Source of the DNA: Nitrosopumilus sp.
GTDB taxonomy: Archaea; Thermoproteota; Nitrososphaeria; Nitrososphaerales; Nitrosopumilaceae
NCBI GenBank assembly: GCA_965249555.1
Contig: OZ252243.1
Coordinates: forward strand, 2,080,001-2,144,000
DNA length: 64,000 nt
Direction: 5' to 3'
Part shown: piece by piece, positions 31,373 through 42,082 of the stretch
Layout: every line of letters starts with the position of its first letter
Position numbering within the stretch: the first letter of the stretch is position 1
Notes under the pieces: model-generated
Told to the model about the DNA's origin: nothing
Seen by the model: the letters and a program-made list of their open reading frames with translations, nothing else
The model's database searches: none
Made by a program: the position numbers and the translations under genes

Positions 31373-33790
31373 ATGAATAAAGAATTTTCAAGTATTATTA
31401 TGTTATTATTAGTGGTATTAATTCCTCTTCAAGGTGTAGCAATTGCACAGACTGATAATTTCAATTCAGTTGATGATGACTCTGACTTTGATAATAATTC
31501 TAACAATTTTGATGGTTTAACTTCTGTTGATCCAATTCAGAATATTGGTGTAATTGAAAAAGGACATTCTGATATTACAAGTTTAATGATTGATGATTCA
31601 AATAATATCTTAGTAGATGAAAATTTACATGGAATTTTTTCAATGGTTTATGTTGATGAAGAAACTATGGAGTTAGTTGTTGTGTTGAATCAACTTCTGT
31701 TATTTAGTTCTGGAATTGATGCAGGAGACATTGAAGATATTTTAGGTGAAGACTTTCCATTTACTGTAAAATATGGTTATGTTGAATCTTATTCACATAC
31801 AACCCCTTATCCACAAAGTTATATCGATAGATGGTTAGTATGGTGGACTCTATACGATTGTGTTGCTGGTTCTAGTGGAATTTGTCATGCAGTTTATTAT
31901 AATTTACATAATGTTAATCATTATACTTTAGATTCAAATAACAATTGGCATTCACAATCTGATTCTTCAAGTGATGAAGACGAAGCAACTTCTTCATCAA
32001 TGAGTGTGATTTTTCAAGATGATTTTGATAATGGTCTAAGTCAATGGTTACAAAATTCTCATTGGCGTTCTCATTATCCAGATGAAAGAAGACAACCGTC
32101 AGGCAGTCCAAGTACAAATCATGTTTTAGAAGTTGATGGTTGTCCTAGTGACTGTGAGATTAGACTTCAAAATTCTATTGATTTCTCAGATGTTCAAAAT
32201 CCTAGAATAGAATTTGATAGATATATTGACAGGTCTTTGGATAGAGGTGAATATCTAAAATTATTTGCTTATGATGGTTCTAGTTGGAATCAACTAGCAA
32301 TATGGAATGATGAGAATGATGATGATGATGATATGTGGCATGAAGAGATAATTAGTTTGTCTGGTTATACCAACGATGATTTTAACATAAAGTTTGTAGC
32401 AAAGATGTCAAGGTCTAATGAAGATGTTGCAGTTGATAATGTTGTAATTACTGGAGGAGTTGAAGGTGATAGTCCATCAAGTATTGATTCAGATAATGAT
32501 GGTGTGAATGATTCAGATGATGATTGCCCTGAAGTATTAGGGTTAGTATCATTGAATGGGTGTCCAGATATGGAATCCCCAGTTTTTGATAACTTACCTT
32601 CTGATATGACTTTTGAGAGAAGGAGTGCTACTTTGGGAAAATATGTAACCATTCCTGTAGTTACTGCAACTGATAATATTGATGGTTTGTTGAATGTTTC
32701 TTGTGATGAATCTTCTGGATGGTTTGCAGTTGGAACGCATACTGTAACTTGTACTGTTTCAGATAATGCTGGAAATAGTATGATAGGTTCATTTAATATT
32801 GTAATTACTGAACCGATTCCTACTGATAGAGATCATGATGGCGTTCCAGATTATTCTGATAATTGTCCTGATGAAGTAGGTGTTCCTTATAATGATGGTT
32901 GTCCTCTTCCTTCTGATTCTGATATGGATGGTTTAGATGATTCAGGTAATAATTGCCCAGACTTGGTTGGGGCTGTTGAGAATTTAGATTGTCCTTTAGT
33001 TCTAGGTGGCCAAGCGATGGATAGTCATTTGGATGCTAGAATATCTGTTGGTGGTCTTATCGGTGATTTTGAGTCTACAGTTACACTTCCAGTTAGGTTG
33101 ATGGATGGTAGATATGGCATAGTTGTATCTGGTCATTCAGTTAATATTGTTGATACAAGTGTATCACCACACAATGTAATTTCTAATAATGATGCTGATT
33201 GGGATCATAGTGTTAGAAATTCAGCAGGTGATTTTGTTTCAATTAGCAGAAATGATCCATCTTTTAGTGTTTATCAAGTGGGAAATACTATGATTGCAGA
33301 TTTTGATTTTATTGAAGTTGATTCAAATTATTTGAGATTGAATACCATACTTAATTCTAATGATCATTATGTTGAAGTTTCATTTGGAGATATTGATGAT
33401 GTTTCAAATAATGGACATGTTACGATGAATGGTAGATACAGTGATTCTGTTGGCCAATTGTTGTATAGAAATGCTACAGTTTTTTCAGATAATGGAATAA
33501 CACTTGTTGATCAAGGAATTACAAATAATCAGGCCATAAGAGGGGATAGTGGAGCTCCATTAATTTATGATGATTCGATAGTTGGTTTACTTCATGGTGT
33601 TGCATGTGTTTTTGAATCACCTGATGAAAATAGGTCTAGATTAGACCTAAATCTCAGAGTTGATTTCCCTTGTGGAGGAAATGATGCTGAAAGTCTTGAT
33701 ATTTATCATTCAGATCATAACTATGATTATTATAAAGTATTTTCAGATTGGGATGAAGTTGTAAGAATGCTTGATATAACTCCTCCTTAA
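31373..33790 (+). CDS. secreted trypsin-like serine protease with HYR and thrombospondin type 3-like repeats
   Basis: signal peptide; DxDxDGVxDxxDxCP repeats; one HYR unit; VVSGH, ADFDFI and RGDSGAPL triad motifs. Confidence 0.7.
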   Translation: MNKEFSSIIMLLLVVLIPLQGVAIAQTDNFNSVDDDSDFDNNSNNFDGLTSVDPIQNIGVIEKGHSDITSLMIDDSNNILVDENLHGIFSMVYVDEETMELVVVLNQLLLFSSGIDAGDIEDILGEDFPFTVKYGYVESYSHTTPYPQSYIDRWLVWWTLYDCVAGSSGICHAVYYNLHNVNHYTLDSNNNWHSQSDSSSDEDEATSSSMSVIFQDDFDNGLSQWLQNSHWRSHYPDERRQPSGSPSTNHVLEVDGCPSDCEIRLQNSIDFSDVQNPRIEFDRYIDRSLDRGEYLKLFAYDGSSWNQLAIWNDENDDDDDMWHEEIISLSGYTNDDFNIKFVAKMSRSNEDVAVDNVVITGGVEGDSPSSIDSDNDGVNDSDDDCPEVLGLVSLNGCPDMESPVFDNLPSDMTFERRSATLGKYVTIPVVTATDNIDGLLNVSCDESSGWFAVGTHTVTCTVSDNAGNSMIGSFNIVITEPIPTDRDHDGVPDYSDNCPDEVGVPYNDGCPLPSDSDMDGLDDSGNNCPDLVGAVENLDCPLVLGGQAMDSHLDARISVGGLIGDFESTVTLPVRLMDGRYGIVVSGHSVNIVDTSVSPHNVISNNDADWDHSVRNSAGDFVSISRNDPSFSVYQVGNTMIADFDFIEVDSNYLRLNTILNSNDHYVEVSFGDIDDVSNNGHVTMNGRYSDSVGQLLYRNATVFSDNGITLVDQGITNNQAIRGDSGAPLIYDDSIVGLLHGVACVFESPDENRSRLDLNLRVDFPCGGNDAESLDIYHSDHNYDYYKVFSDWDEVVRMLDITPP

Positions 33791-33817
33791 TTTGTGTGAA
33801 ACTATTAATTTTAGATT

Positions 33818-34339
33818 ATGAATAAGATTTGGATTTTTTGTATCATATGCCTATTAATTTTTTCTTTAATAATAATTCTTTTGAACTATCAACAAGATCA
33901 AAAGACTGTTGAAGATGCAAATATCGTTGATAATAGAGTTATTATGGATGTAAGTAGTGTTTGTATAACTGGGAAAGAAAGTGTTTGTTCAATTTCTAAA
34001 AAATATGGATTTGATAAAATTAAGAAATCCATGATTCCAAAAAATAATAATTCAGTTTTTTATATTGATTGTAATAGATTAACTTTTGAAGATTTACCTA
34101 ATTATATTTTATCAGAAAGTTATTGTGAAGAATATGAAAAAAGAGTTTTCAGAGATTATAAAAAAGAGTTTTTTGAGTTAAGTGAATTTGGAATTGTATT
34201 TTGTAATCAAAGTATGTTATTAAATAATTATGGTTTTTTAATGTTTAATGAGAATGGAATTAGAATAATTGATGATTTAGGTTTGGATAGTAAATTATAC
34301 AAAAATAATTTAAATGTGTGTAATAAATTGAAAAACTAA
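33818..34339 (+). CDS. membrane-anchored hypothetical protein
   Basis: N-terminal TM segment; follows the protease gene. Confidence 0.55.
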   Translation: MNKIWIFCIICLLIFSLIIILLNYQQDQKTVEDANIVDNRVIMDVSSVCITGKESVCSISKKYGFDKIKKSMIPKNNNSVFYIDCNRLTFEDLPNYILSESYCEEYEKRVFRDYKKEFFELSEFGIVFCNQSMLLNNYGFLMFNENGIRIIDDLGLDSKLYKNNLNVCNKLKN

Positions 34340-34435
34340 CTTTTTATCTAAAATCAAACATTTTGTTGTTTGTAGTTATTATTTTAACATTGGTACACAG
34401 AATAGCTATGATTATTACAACAGAGAGCATGTCCT

Positions 34436-34487
34436 TGGTCCTAGACTGGTCCTAGACTGGTCCTAGACTGGTCCTAGACTGGTCCTA
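34436..34487. repeat. 11-bp tandem repeat, about 4.7 copies
   Basis: tggtcctagac repeated, abutting the IS630 end. Confidence 0.9.
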
Positions 34488-35561
34488 TAGCGACGATCAA
34501 AAGTTCGTGAACATCTTTGCAGGATTTCTAAAAATATAATTAACAACATCAAGTTTGAATTTTTCTGTTCCAAAGTATTGTGACACTGCATTATTCATTA
34601 TTGTAAACATTGCATAATATTCTGATACCAACAACACATGCTTATTTTCCAACACTGCTCTATCATGTTTAGATATGGTGAATCCTTTTGGTAGCCAAAT
34701 CAGTTTAACATCTGGATTATCTGTCAAAAAGTCCTTGACCTTCTTTGATTTGTGCACTGATGCCCTGTCAAGTATCAACGTAATTTTACCATATTTGTAG
34801 TGCAACTCTTTTAGATATTCTACAAATGTTATACCGTTGAATTTTTTATAAATTCTAAACAGCTGGTCTCCATTGATTGTAACTGTTCCATACACTGCCA
34901 AACTTTCATGGTTTCCCACATATGGAAGAAATATTCTTTTGGCAACTGGTGAGCAATATTTTCGTCCTGCTTTTACATCCCTAACAAAGAATGCCTCATC
35001 AAGCATTGCAATGGTGAATCCACTCTTTTTTAGGCGTGGAATTCTCTTTTTCATGCGTTGCTGCCCAGCTGCGCACGGCTGTTACACTTGCATGATTGAC
35101 GTGATATTTGTGCAGTTTTAGCAGACATTCCATACTGGCGCATTATTTTTCTGACATGTGTTATGTGAAATTTTATTCCAGTAGAATCAAATATTGTTTG
35201 CTGCAGCATTACAGGTGTAAATAGTGTCGACATAATTTTGAGCATGATATAATTCATTTGCTTCTTTGGGATTACACATGCTCTTTCACTCCTTGGGTGA
35301 TCGTAGAGGCCATCTACTTTAAAACGATCAACCCATTTGCGTACCCAGTTTGTACAGCGGTGTAGTGTTTGTGCGGTGTACTCTAATTTACCATCTTTGA
35401 GAACCATTAGTACTGCAAGCATCCTGACTATATCTTTGGAGTTTTCCTTTTTGTATGCTGCTTCAAGCTGTTCTAACTTGTTCATGTGTTTCATTGTGTG
35501 TGGTGATCAAAAAGTCTTTTGTTTTGATGATTTTTAGTTCACGAACTTTGACTCTTCGCTA
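34488..35561 (-). mobile_element. IS630-family element, copy 2
   Basis: same TIRs and TA flanks as 15456-16528; ORFs 35051-35494 and 34497-35054. Confidence 0.88.
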
Positions 35562-35641
35562 TATGATAATGATTTTCTCAGACTCAATTTTGCAGTGAGT
35601 TGCTTTGCAATGATCATCTTTTGTGTCCCTCCAACGTTTTT

Positions 35642-35835
35642 TTAAGTGTCATTGACGATGGTCAGCTCACCTACGATTCTTTTTAGAGTCTCATTTTCTT
35701 TTTGCAATGTCTTGCATGTATTGTCACCAGATCTTCTGTTTAATGCGGATTTGCCTCCATCCACAAACTTTTCTTTCCAAGAGTAGAATGTCTGCGGATG
35801 AATGTTGTGCTTTCTGCACAGTTCTGCAGTTCCAA
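35642..35835 (-). pseudogene. IS3-type transposase orfA (HTH) remnant
   Basis: AELCRKHNIHPQTFYSWKEKF...LQKENETLKRIVGEL. Confidence 0.7.
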
Positions 35836-35882
35836 TGATACCATAGTATATTATATTAAGACTAATTAGAATTTGATAATTA

Positions 35883-36686
35883 TTGAAAGTTTTAGGATTG
35901 TCTATAATTCTGATTTTATGTTTTAGTACAGTGCCATTATCCTTTAGTGAATATAAATCTGATAACACCCCATCATTAATACACGGGTTACCAGCTAGTG
36001 ATTATACAAAAATCTTAGATAGATACTGTTCATTTAATTTTATGACAGAAATTTATCTTAATCATACAATTACTAGCGGAAATTTAAAAAAAGTATGCAG
36101 TCAAGATTATTCTCATTTTTATTTTGAGCTTGATTCAGTTAATGATGATGGATTTTTAATTTTAGATATTCCTAAAGATATATTTGCACCTAGAGATATT
36201 TTTAATGCTTGGGTGTTCTCACCTTATTCTAATGATGAATCTGTTGGTCATTTATATATTAGATTTTATTTTTCTGTTGAACATTTGGAAAATAACCCGT
36301 TAACTGTTAAAGGAATACAAGATGGTTCATACTTGTTAATTACAAAAATAAAATCCTATGATACTTTTGATAGATACAAAATTCCTATTCTAAAGGGCGA
36401 TGTTTTTTTTGATATGGTATTTTCGGTTAATGGTACGCCTCATGATAATTATAATCCTCAGAAATATACTGAACCTATAACTGCAATTGATTTAGAATCT
36501 ATATCAATCCATAAAACAACATCATCAGAAATTCAAAAAATAGATCGCACGACTAAATCTGATGATGATCTTTCTTGTAAATCAAATTTTGTGCCAATTT
36601 TAAAACCTAGTAATGATAAAACTGTGTGCGTAAAACCTGCGACTGCTGAAAAATTAATCCAGCGTGGTTGGATTGATCTAAGATAG
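35883..36686 (+). CDS. secreted protein, paralog of 24778-25884
   Basis: signal peptide; YC...LNHT...C shared block; CVKPATAEKLIQRGW. Confidence 0.72.
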   Translation: MKVLGLSIILILCFSTVPLSFSEYKSDNTPSLIHGLPASDYTKILDRYCSFNFMTEIYLNHTITSGNLKKVCSQDYSHFYFELDSVNDDGFLILDIPKDIFAPRDIFNAWVFSPYSNDESVGHLYIRFYFSVEHLENNPLTVKGIQDGSYLLITKIKSYDTFDRYKIPILKGDVFFDMVFSVNGTPHDNYNPQKYTEPITAIDLESISIHKTTSSEIQKIDRTTKSDDDLSCKSNFVPILKPSNDKTVCVKPATAEKLIQRGWIDLR

Positions 36687-36719
36687 TATTGGATATCAGA
36701 TCAAAATCTCAGAAAATTA

Positions 36720-36845
36720 TAGGCGATTGGGTACCTACTACCCCTAGATTATTATTGAATATTTCACAAAAATAATGGGTGGATTTTGTATCATTTGCAA
36801 AAACAATCTCTGATGAATCATTGTTGGTGCAATTCCTGGAATCAA
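36720..36845 (+). mobile_element. IS-end-like remnant
   Basis: starts TAGGCGATTGGGTACCTACTACCCCTA; inverted homolog at 47102-47225. Confidence 0.6.
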
Positions 36846-37379
36846 GGTGCACTGAGGATCTTTCCTGCATTTTCTGTAATAGCTGGTGGTGGAACTCAGT
36901 CTATCTGTCTTGATATTGCAGAAATGGGTGATGTGAATGTAAATGGAAATACAGGTAACATGATAATCATATACAATGCTGCTTCTAATGCAGTAGACAT
37001 GTATGATGATGATACCGATATGGATCTCTCACATACATGGAGTTCAAATTGTGCTGATGGTGCCAACAAGATAGGTGCTGATCAGTTAAGAGCAGATGCT
37101 CAAGGTGTAGAATGGGATATTGATGAAAATACAAGTTCCCACCATATCATAATTGAACTCAATACAGTAAGAGATTATGACACATCTAGTACATGTGGAT
37201 GGTTTCAAGCTCTAAATCCAGAATACATCTATAATCATGAAATGGGTCACTTTGCTGGACTTGATCATGCTGAGCAATGGTGGACAAGTAACAGTCATAG
37301 TATAATGAAATCAAGTTGTAACAGCGAGTTTGACGATGTTAAAACAGACGACATCACACAAATAAATGGATTCTACTAG
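36846..37379 (+). pseudogene. matrixin-like (M10-type) zinc metalloprotease, 5' end replaced by IS-like DNA
   Basis: HEMGHFAGLDH plus SIM Met-turn; no signal peptide left. Confidence 0.72.
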
Positions 37380-37392
37380 GAGATTATGAAAA

Positions 37393-37983
37393 ATGAATAA
37401 AATAATCATCCCCGCAATTGTAGTAATAGTAGCAATTGTAGTATCCGGACTAGTATTTGTTAGTGAGTCAACTGAAAGTTCAACGTATGTGTATGTGCCA
37501 TCCGACATTTCAAAAGCAAATCCTGATGTAAAAGTTGCAGCAGGAAGTGCATCTCTCGATACATATGATCCTGCCGATGTAAAAGACAGAATTACTAATA
37601 CCGTAATTGGTTTTGTTCTATCTGTTGGCGATCCTATTGATTGGGTGAATGAAAATGATAGAACTCATGCTGCTGTACCAGTTACACTCAAAGTAACTGA
37701 AAACATCAAAGGTGAAATTGATAAGAAAGTAACTTTCTACTTACATGGAAAGTATTTCAGCGATCAACTTCTTTTAGTACCTTATGAAGCTCAATTTGAA
37801 ATAGGCGAACAAGTCCTAGTTCATTTGTATCCTGCAAGTGAGTTTGAGTTTCAAGATGGTGAGGCATTATATCCCATATTAGGGGAAAATGGCAAGTACA
37901 AAATCGGAGAAGATAACAAAGTATACAATAAAAACTATCCAAACGGAAAAAGTTTAGATTCTGCAAAGAACGAATCTAAATGA
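37393..37983 (+). CDS. membrane-anchored partner protein
   Basis: paralog of 17324-17908. Confidence 0.75.
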   Translation: MNKIIIPAIVVIVAIVVSGLVFVSESTESSTYVYVPSDISKANPDVKVAAGSASLDTYDPADVKDRITNTVIGFVLSVGDPIDWVNENDRTHAAVPVTLKVTENIKGEIDKKVTFYLHGKYFSDQLLLVPYEAQFEIGEQVLVHLYPASEFEFQDGEALYPILGENGKYKIGEDNKVYNKNYPNGKSLDSAKNESK

Positions 37984-38101
37984 TTTTTCTTTTTTTATTA
38001 TGTATAAAAACAAGGATATAGGTATGTATCCATGTGGGTTCTGTTAACTTAGCGGTTGATGAAATTTAAAATAGGAACTGGTAACTTTACGGTAGATAAT
38101 T

Positions 38102-39234
38102 CTACTTGGAAAGTGTCGGTAGATCAGACTTGACAGCACTTTGGATAATTGTTTTCCATTTATTGTCTCCTTGTATCTTGATTCCAGCTCTATCGGCTGG
38201 TGTATCACCATCTAGTCCTTGATGTGGTCTTATGTAGTTGTGGTGAATCTGCATACCGGATATAATTGCAGAATCAGTTTTTTTGATTCCTCTAACAACC
38301 TTTTCCCTCATTCTTAGAGTGTTTGAGTTAAATGACTCCATCTGATTGTTGTTTCTGTCATTTTTCATGTGGATATGTCTTATGTGTTCAGTTTCTTTGT
38401 GCAGAAAGTTTTTGGCTTTGTATTGTTTTTTCCAAGCATGGTGAAAGTTTGCAGCTCCGTTCAGAGATTAGTACAGTTGGAACTTTTTTTGCCTTTTGTT
38501 TAGCCTCTTTGAACATTGGAGATACATCATCATTTCCTTTGTGTGTAGATACCATTTGAGACAACCAGAATCTAGTTTCTGAATCAAGCATTGCAAAGAG
38601 ATATTTTTTATCGCCCTTGATTTTGAGATATAACTCGTCAGTTCTCCACTTTTCACCTACTTGTGGAGTTATTTTATCAAGATATTTTCCCATAAGATCA
38701 ACGTACTTTTTATTCCATTTTTGAATTGTAACGTGAGATACCTTGACACCTGTAAGGATTAGAGACTGGGAAACCTTGCGTGATGATTCACCATTAAAGT
38801 ATAGGTTCATTGCCATTGTTATCTGATCTGGTGTTGCCATCATCTTTTCAAAACCAAGATTGTGAGAACTTTCTTTTACAGTCATTACACTTGAATAACT
38901 GAATATTGTGTTGCTTGTTGTGTCGTATTCCCATTTTTATTATCTGTGTGGAATTACAATACTTGCATGAATCAAGTGTAATTTCAGAAATTATAACATC
39001 ATCTTTTACTTTCTGATGAAAGTTAATTGAGATTTATACTGCATGAATATGCTTACAACAAATTTTGTTAAAGTAATGATCCTCACAGGAACAAGACCAG
39101 CCATACTCTAAGGAGATAACGTCATGCTGTAATTTTCTTGATTGTGAGTTTACCTTGTAATGGGATTCATCAATTCTAATAATTTGGTTATTTTTCTCTG
39201 CAATTTGCTTTCCTCTAATCTCTCTTTGATTCAT
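38102..39234 (-). mobile_element. fragmented SWIM-domain IS6-like DDE transposase
   Basis: WSCSCED...CKHIHAV; WRTDELYLKIKG...YLFAMLDSETRFWL; NNNQMESFN...HHNYIRPH. Confidence 0.78.
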
Positions 39235-39237
39235 GTT

Positions 39238-39304
39238 TATAGGTAGATTGAGTGGTATATAAATTATAGGTAGACTTATCGGTATATGTAATAGTATAGG
39301 TAGA
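39238..39304. promoter_or_regulatory. three TATAGGTAGA direct repeats in a divergent promoter
   Basis: copies at 39238, 39265 and 39295. Confidence 0.55.
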
Positions 39305-39336
39305 TTGATACACATGAGGATTAATCTACTGATAGA

Positions 39337-39516
39337 ATGGCTAGAATGCTCCCAAATCAGTCAACAGTATCAAAAGCAAAACCTGACAGTATTTCTGTAA
39401 GAACTACAATTCCTATTTTTATTGCCAAACAAATGGAGCTAGAAATTGGTGATGTCTTGGACTGGAAACTAGACAAAGTGTCTAATCACTGGATAGTAAC
39501 CATTGAAAAGGATTGA
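39337..39516 (+). CDS. AbrB/MazE-like DNA-binding protein (59 aa, not in the ORF track)
   Basis: SVRTTIPIFIAKQMELEIGDVLDW. Confidence 0.65.
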   Translation: MARMLPNQSTVSKAKPDSISVRTTIPIFIAKQMELEIGDVLDWKLDKVSNHWIVTIEKD

Positions 39517-39522
39517 TCTATT

Positions 39523-40407
39523 ATGAATAGAGCAACTAATAACTCTGAAAAAAAACATACAAGTGTAGTGAGACACCACATAGTAGAGAAACCAATACCA
39601 AAACTAGATTTAATCAAACAGAGATTGGGCGATCCATATTATTCAGATGATAATGTTTTACTGTATAATATGGACTGTGTAGCACTTATGGATAAATTGG
39701 GATCAAACAAGGTAGATTTGACTATAACATCTCCGCCCTATAACATAGGTAAAGAATATGAAGAAATTCAGAAACCACAAGATTATTTATCCTGGTGTGA
39801 AAAATGGATGAATCTAATTTTTAATGCAACTGTTGATACTGGCACATTTTGGCTCAATCTTGGATATTTTGAATTACCAAATGGAAAGGCTGTACCTATT
39901 GCCTATTTGTTATGGGATAAAACAGACTTTTATTTTATGCAGGAAATTATTTGGTATTACAAAGCTGGTGTAGCAACAAAAAAATATTTTTCTCCAAGAA
40001 ATGAAAAATATTTGTGGTATGTAAAAAATCAATCAAGATACAAATTCAATCTAGATTCAATTAGAGATCCAGATGTAAAGTATCCCAATCAAAAGAAAAA
40101 TGGAAAACTAAAATGTAATCCATTAGGAAAAAACCCTACTAATGTTTGGGAAATACCAAAGATTACATCTGGTAAAAACAGATCATCCAAGGAACGTGTA
40201 AATCATCCAGCACAATTTCCAACCGCTGTTCTAGAGAGAATAATAAAAGCCTCCAGTAATCCGCATGATTTGGTTTTTGATCCCTTCTTGGGTTCTGGAA
40301 GTGTAGCTGTATCTGGTCTCAAAAACAATAGACAGGTGATGGGATGTGATATAAGCACAGATTATCTTGATATTGCTATTGATAGAATACAAAAATTAGA
40401 TGTTTAG
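39523..40407 (+). CDS. beta-class amino DNA methyltransferase (probably N4-cytosine)
   Basis: TSPPY motif IV precedes HPAQFP and DPFLGSGS motif I. Confidence 0.9.
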   Translation: MNRATNNSEKKHTSVVRHHIVEKPIPKLDLIKQRLGDPYYSDDNVLLYNMDCVALMDKLGSNKVDLTITSPPYNIGKEYEEIQKPQDYLSWCEKWMNLIFNATVDTGTFWLNLGYFELPNGKAVPIAYLLWDKTDFYFMQEIIWYYKAGVATKKYFSPRNEKYLWYVKNQSRYKFNLDSIRDPDVKYPNQKKNGKLKCNPLGKNPTNVWEIPKITSGKNRSSKERVNHPAQFPTAVLERIIKASSNPHDLVFDPFLGSGSVAVSGLKNNRQVMGCDISTDYLDIAIDRIQKLDV

Positions 40408-40602
40408 AAGTTTGTACCTTTCAACATTGATAGATAATCTTGATTGTTGTCCTGATTGTAATTTCTGACCTAGCCAATCCTTATGGTCTAACCAACCAAA
40501 CCTAACATTGATAATTTGAGGTATAATTTCTTTAGACACATATTTCTCAAAGTTTACTGCTATGTGATAGCCTGATTTGGATTTTTTGTATGAATCAAGC
40601 AC
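40396..40602 (-). pseudogene. C-terminal remnant of a type II restriction endonuclease (ScaI-like)
   Basis: KSKSGYHIAVNFEK...RFGWLDHKDW.GQ...GQQSRL recalled as ScaI-family; convergent with the MTase; cut by IS66. Confidence 0.55.
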
Positions 40603-41952
40603 TTAGATGTATTTTGCCATCTCAGAAAACATGTTCAATTCCCTTATTCTCCATGTCTCAAAGCATGTGAGAAAGACTGAGATCATCCTCATGCCCTGAT
40701 CACTCTTCATCTGCCCGCGAACATTCCTCTGCATCACGCACTTTCGAATGGAATTCTCTGCATCATTGTTAGTTGACGGGACATCACCATCCATGACAAA
40801 CGTAAACATGCTGTTCCTTGCAGTCTTTAGCTTCTTGCCAAACTGAACCATCTCCATATCACCTTTCAAATATCGTGCAATGATACGGTCTAGCTGTTTT
40901 AGTAAATCATCCCTGTACGTTTCCCGCCGTTTTGTATGACGATTACCTACACTCCAAACCCTGGCATGACCTAGCATATCTGAGAGTTTCTCGTATAGAA
41001 TCCTTGCCTTTTTGTCCTGTGATTTTATTGCCAGATATTTGGCATCGCGCTGCAGGTGTGCAGTGCATCTCTGCTTTGTGTTATCACAAAATACTGTCCT
41101 GTACGGAGCATATCCGTCAGACACTAGGGTTCCTTTGAATTTCTTCCAGTACTTTTTTAGAACATTGGCACCTCTGCTGTACTCCAAGGCATACTGTGCA
41201 CTAGTCTTGCTTCTTGCAACCCACATCCATCCAGTATTTCCATCAATTGAAAATCCTGTCTCATCGATTCCGAGAATCTTTTCAGTCACGATTTCGCTGT
41301 GGATTGTATTGTAAAATGACTCTAACATCACACTACCGTTGCGAAGAATGGATTGTACGGTTGTATTGCTGATTTCTAATCCATATCTTTCATAGAGTGT
41401 GGTTCTGATAGCATCGTATGTCAATCTCTTTGAGAACAGTGAGACGACCTCACGTATCACTGAACCATCAAAACATCCATGTGATGGAAGGTTTCCCGTG
41501 GTTTGAAAATTATCAGAACAGTCCATGCAGATGTATTGATTCAAAACATGCTCAGTTATACCGTAGGGTGTTGGTGGAGGAATCTCAACCATTATCCTTT
41601 TGCAGGTTTTGGTTTGATGAATATTTTCACTACCGCATTTGGGACATGCATCTGATCTGTGGTGTTTGGTGCTAGTTGGTCTGAATTTCTGTGTCTTGCC
41701 AACGTGTCCTGCTATTCCACCACGTCTTGATTTGTCTGGCTGTCTGTGTTGTCTTTTTTGCTTTCTCCATTCAAGGGAATTCTTTGATGGCGGAGAGTGA
41801 GCATTCTCATAATATGACAGCTTTTTTTGCAGTTCCTTGTTTGATTCTATGAGATTCTCTATGACTAGTTTTAGTTGTTTTATCACTTCGTCTTGTTGTT
41901 TTGTCTTTTTTTGTAGCTGTATGATGATTTTCTCATGACCACAACCTGACAT
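40603..41952 (-). mobile_element. IS66-family transposase, intact ORF
   Basis: leucine zipper, HSPPS, zinc finger, IDETG, LVSDGY..Y, QRCTAHL.R, TNNDAENSIR. Confidence 0.9.
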
Positions 41953-42082
41953 GTTTTGTATGATGATTTAGTTGATCTTAGATCTTTTTGTGTAATAGTG
42001 TTGATTTGTGCGTGAAGGTTGATACATACATCTTCATCCCTTTATTAGGACCTATTCGCAGTTATCAACCGAGGCTTGTCCC

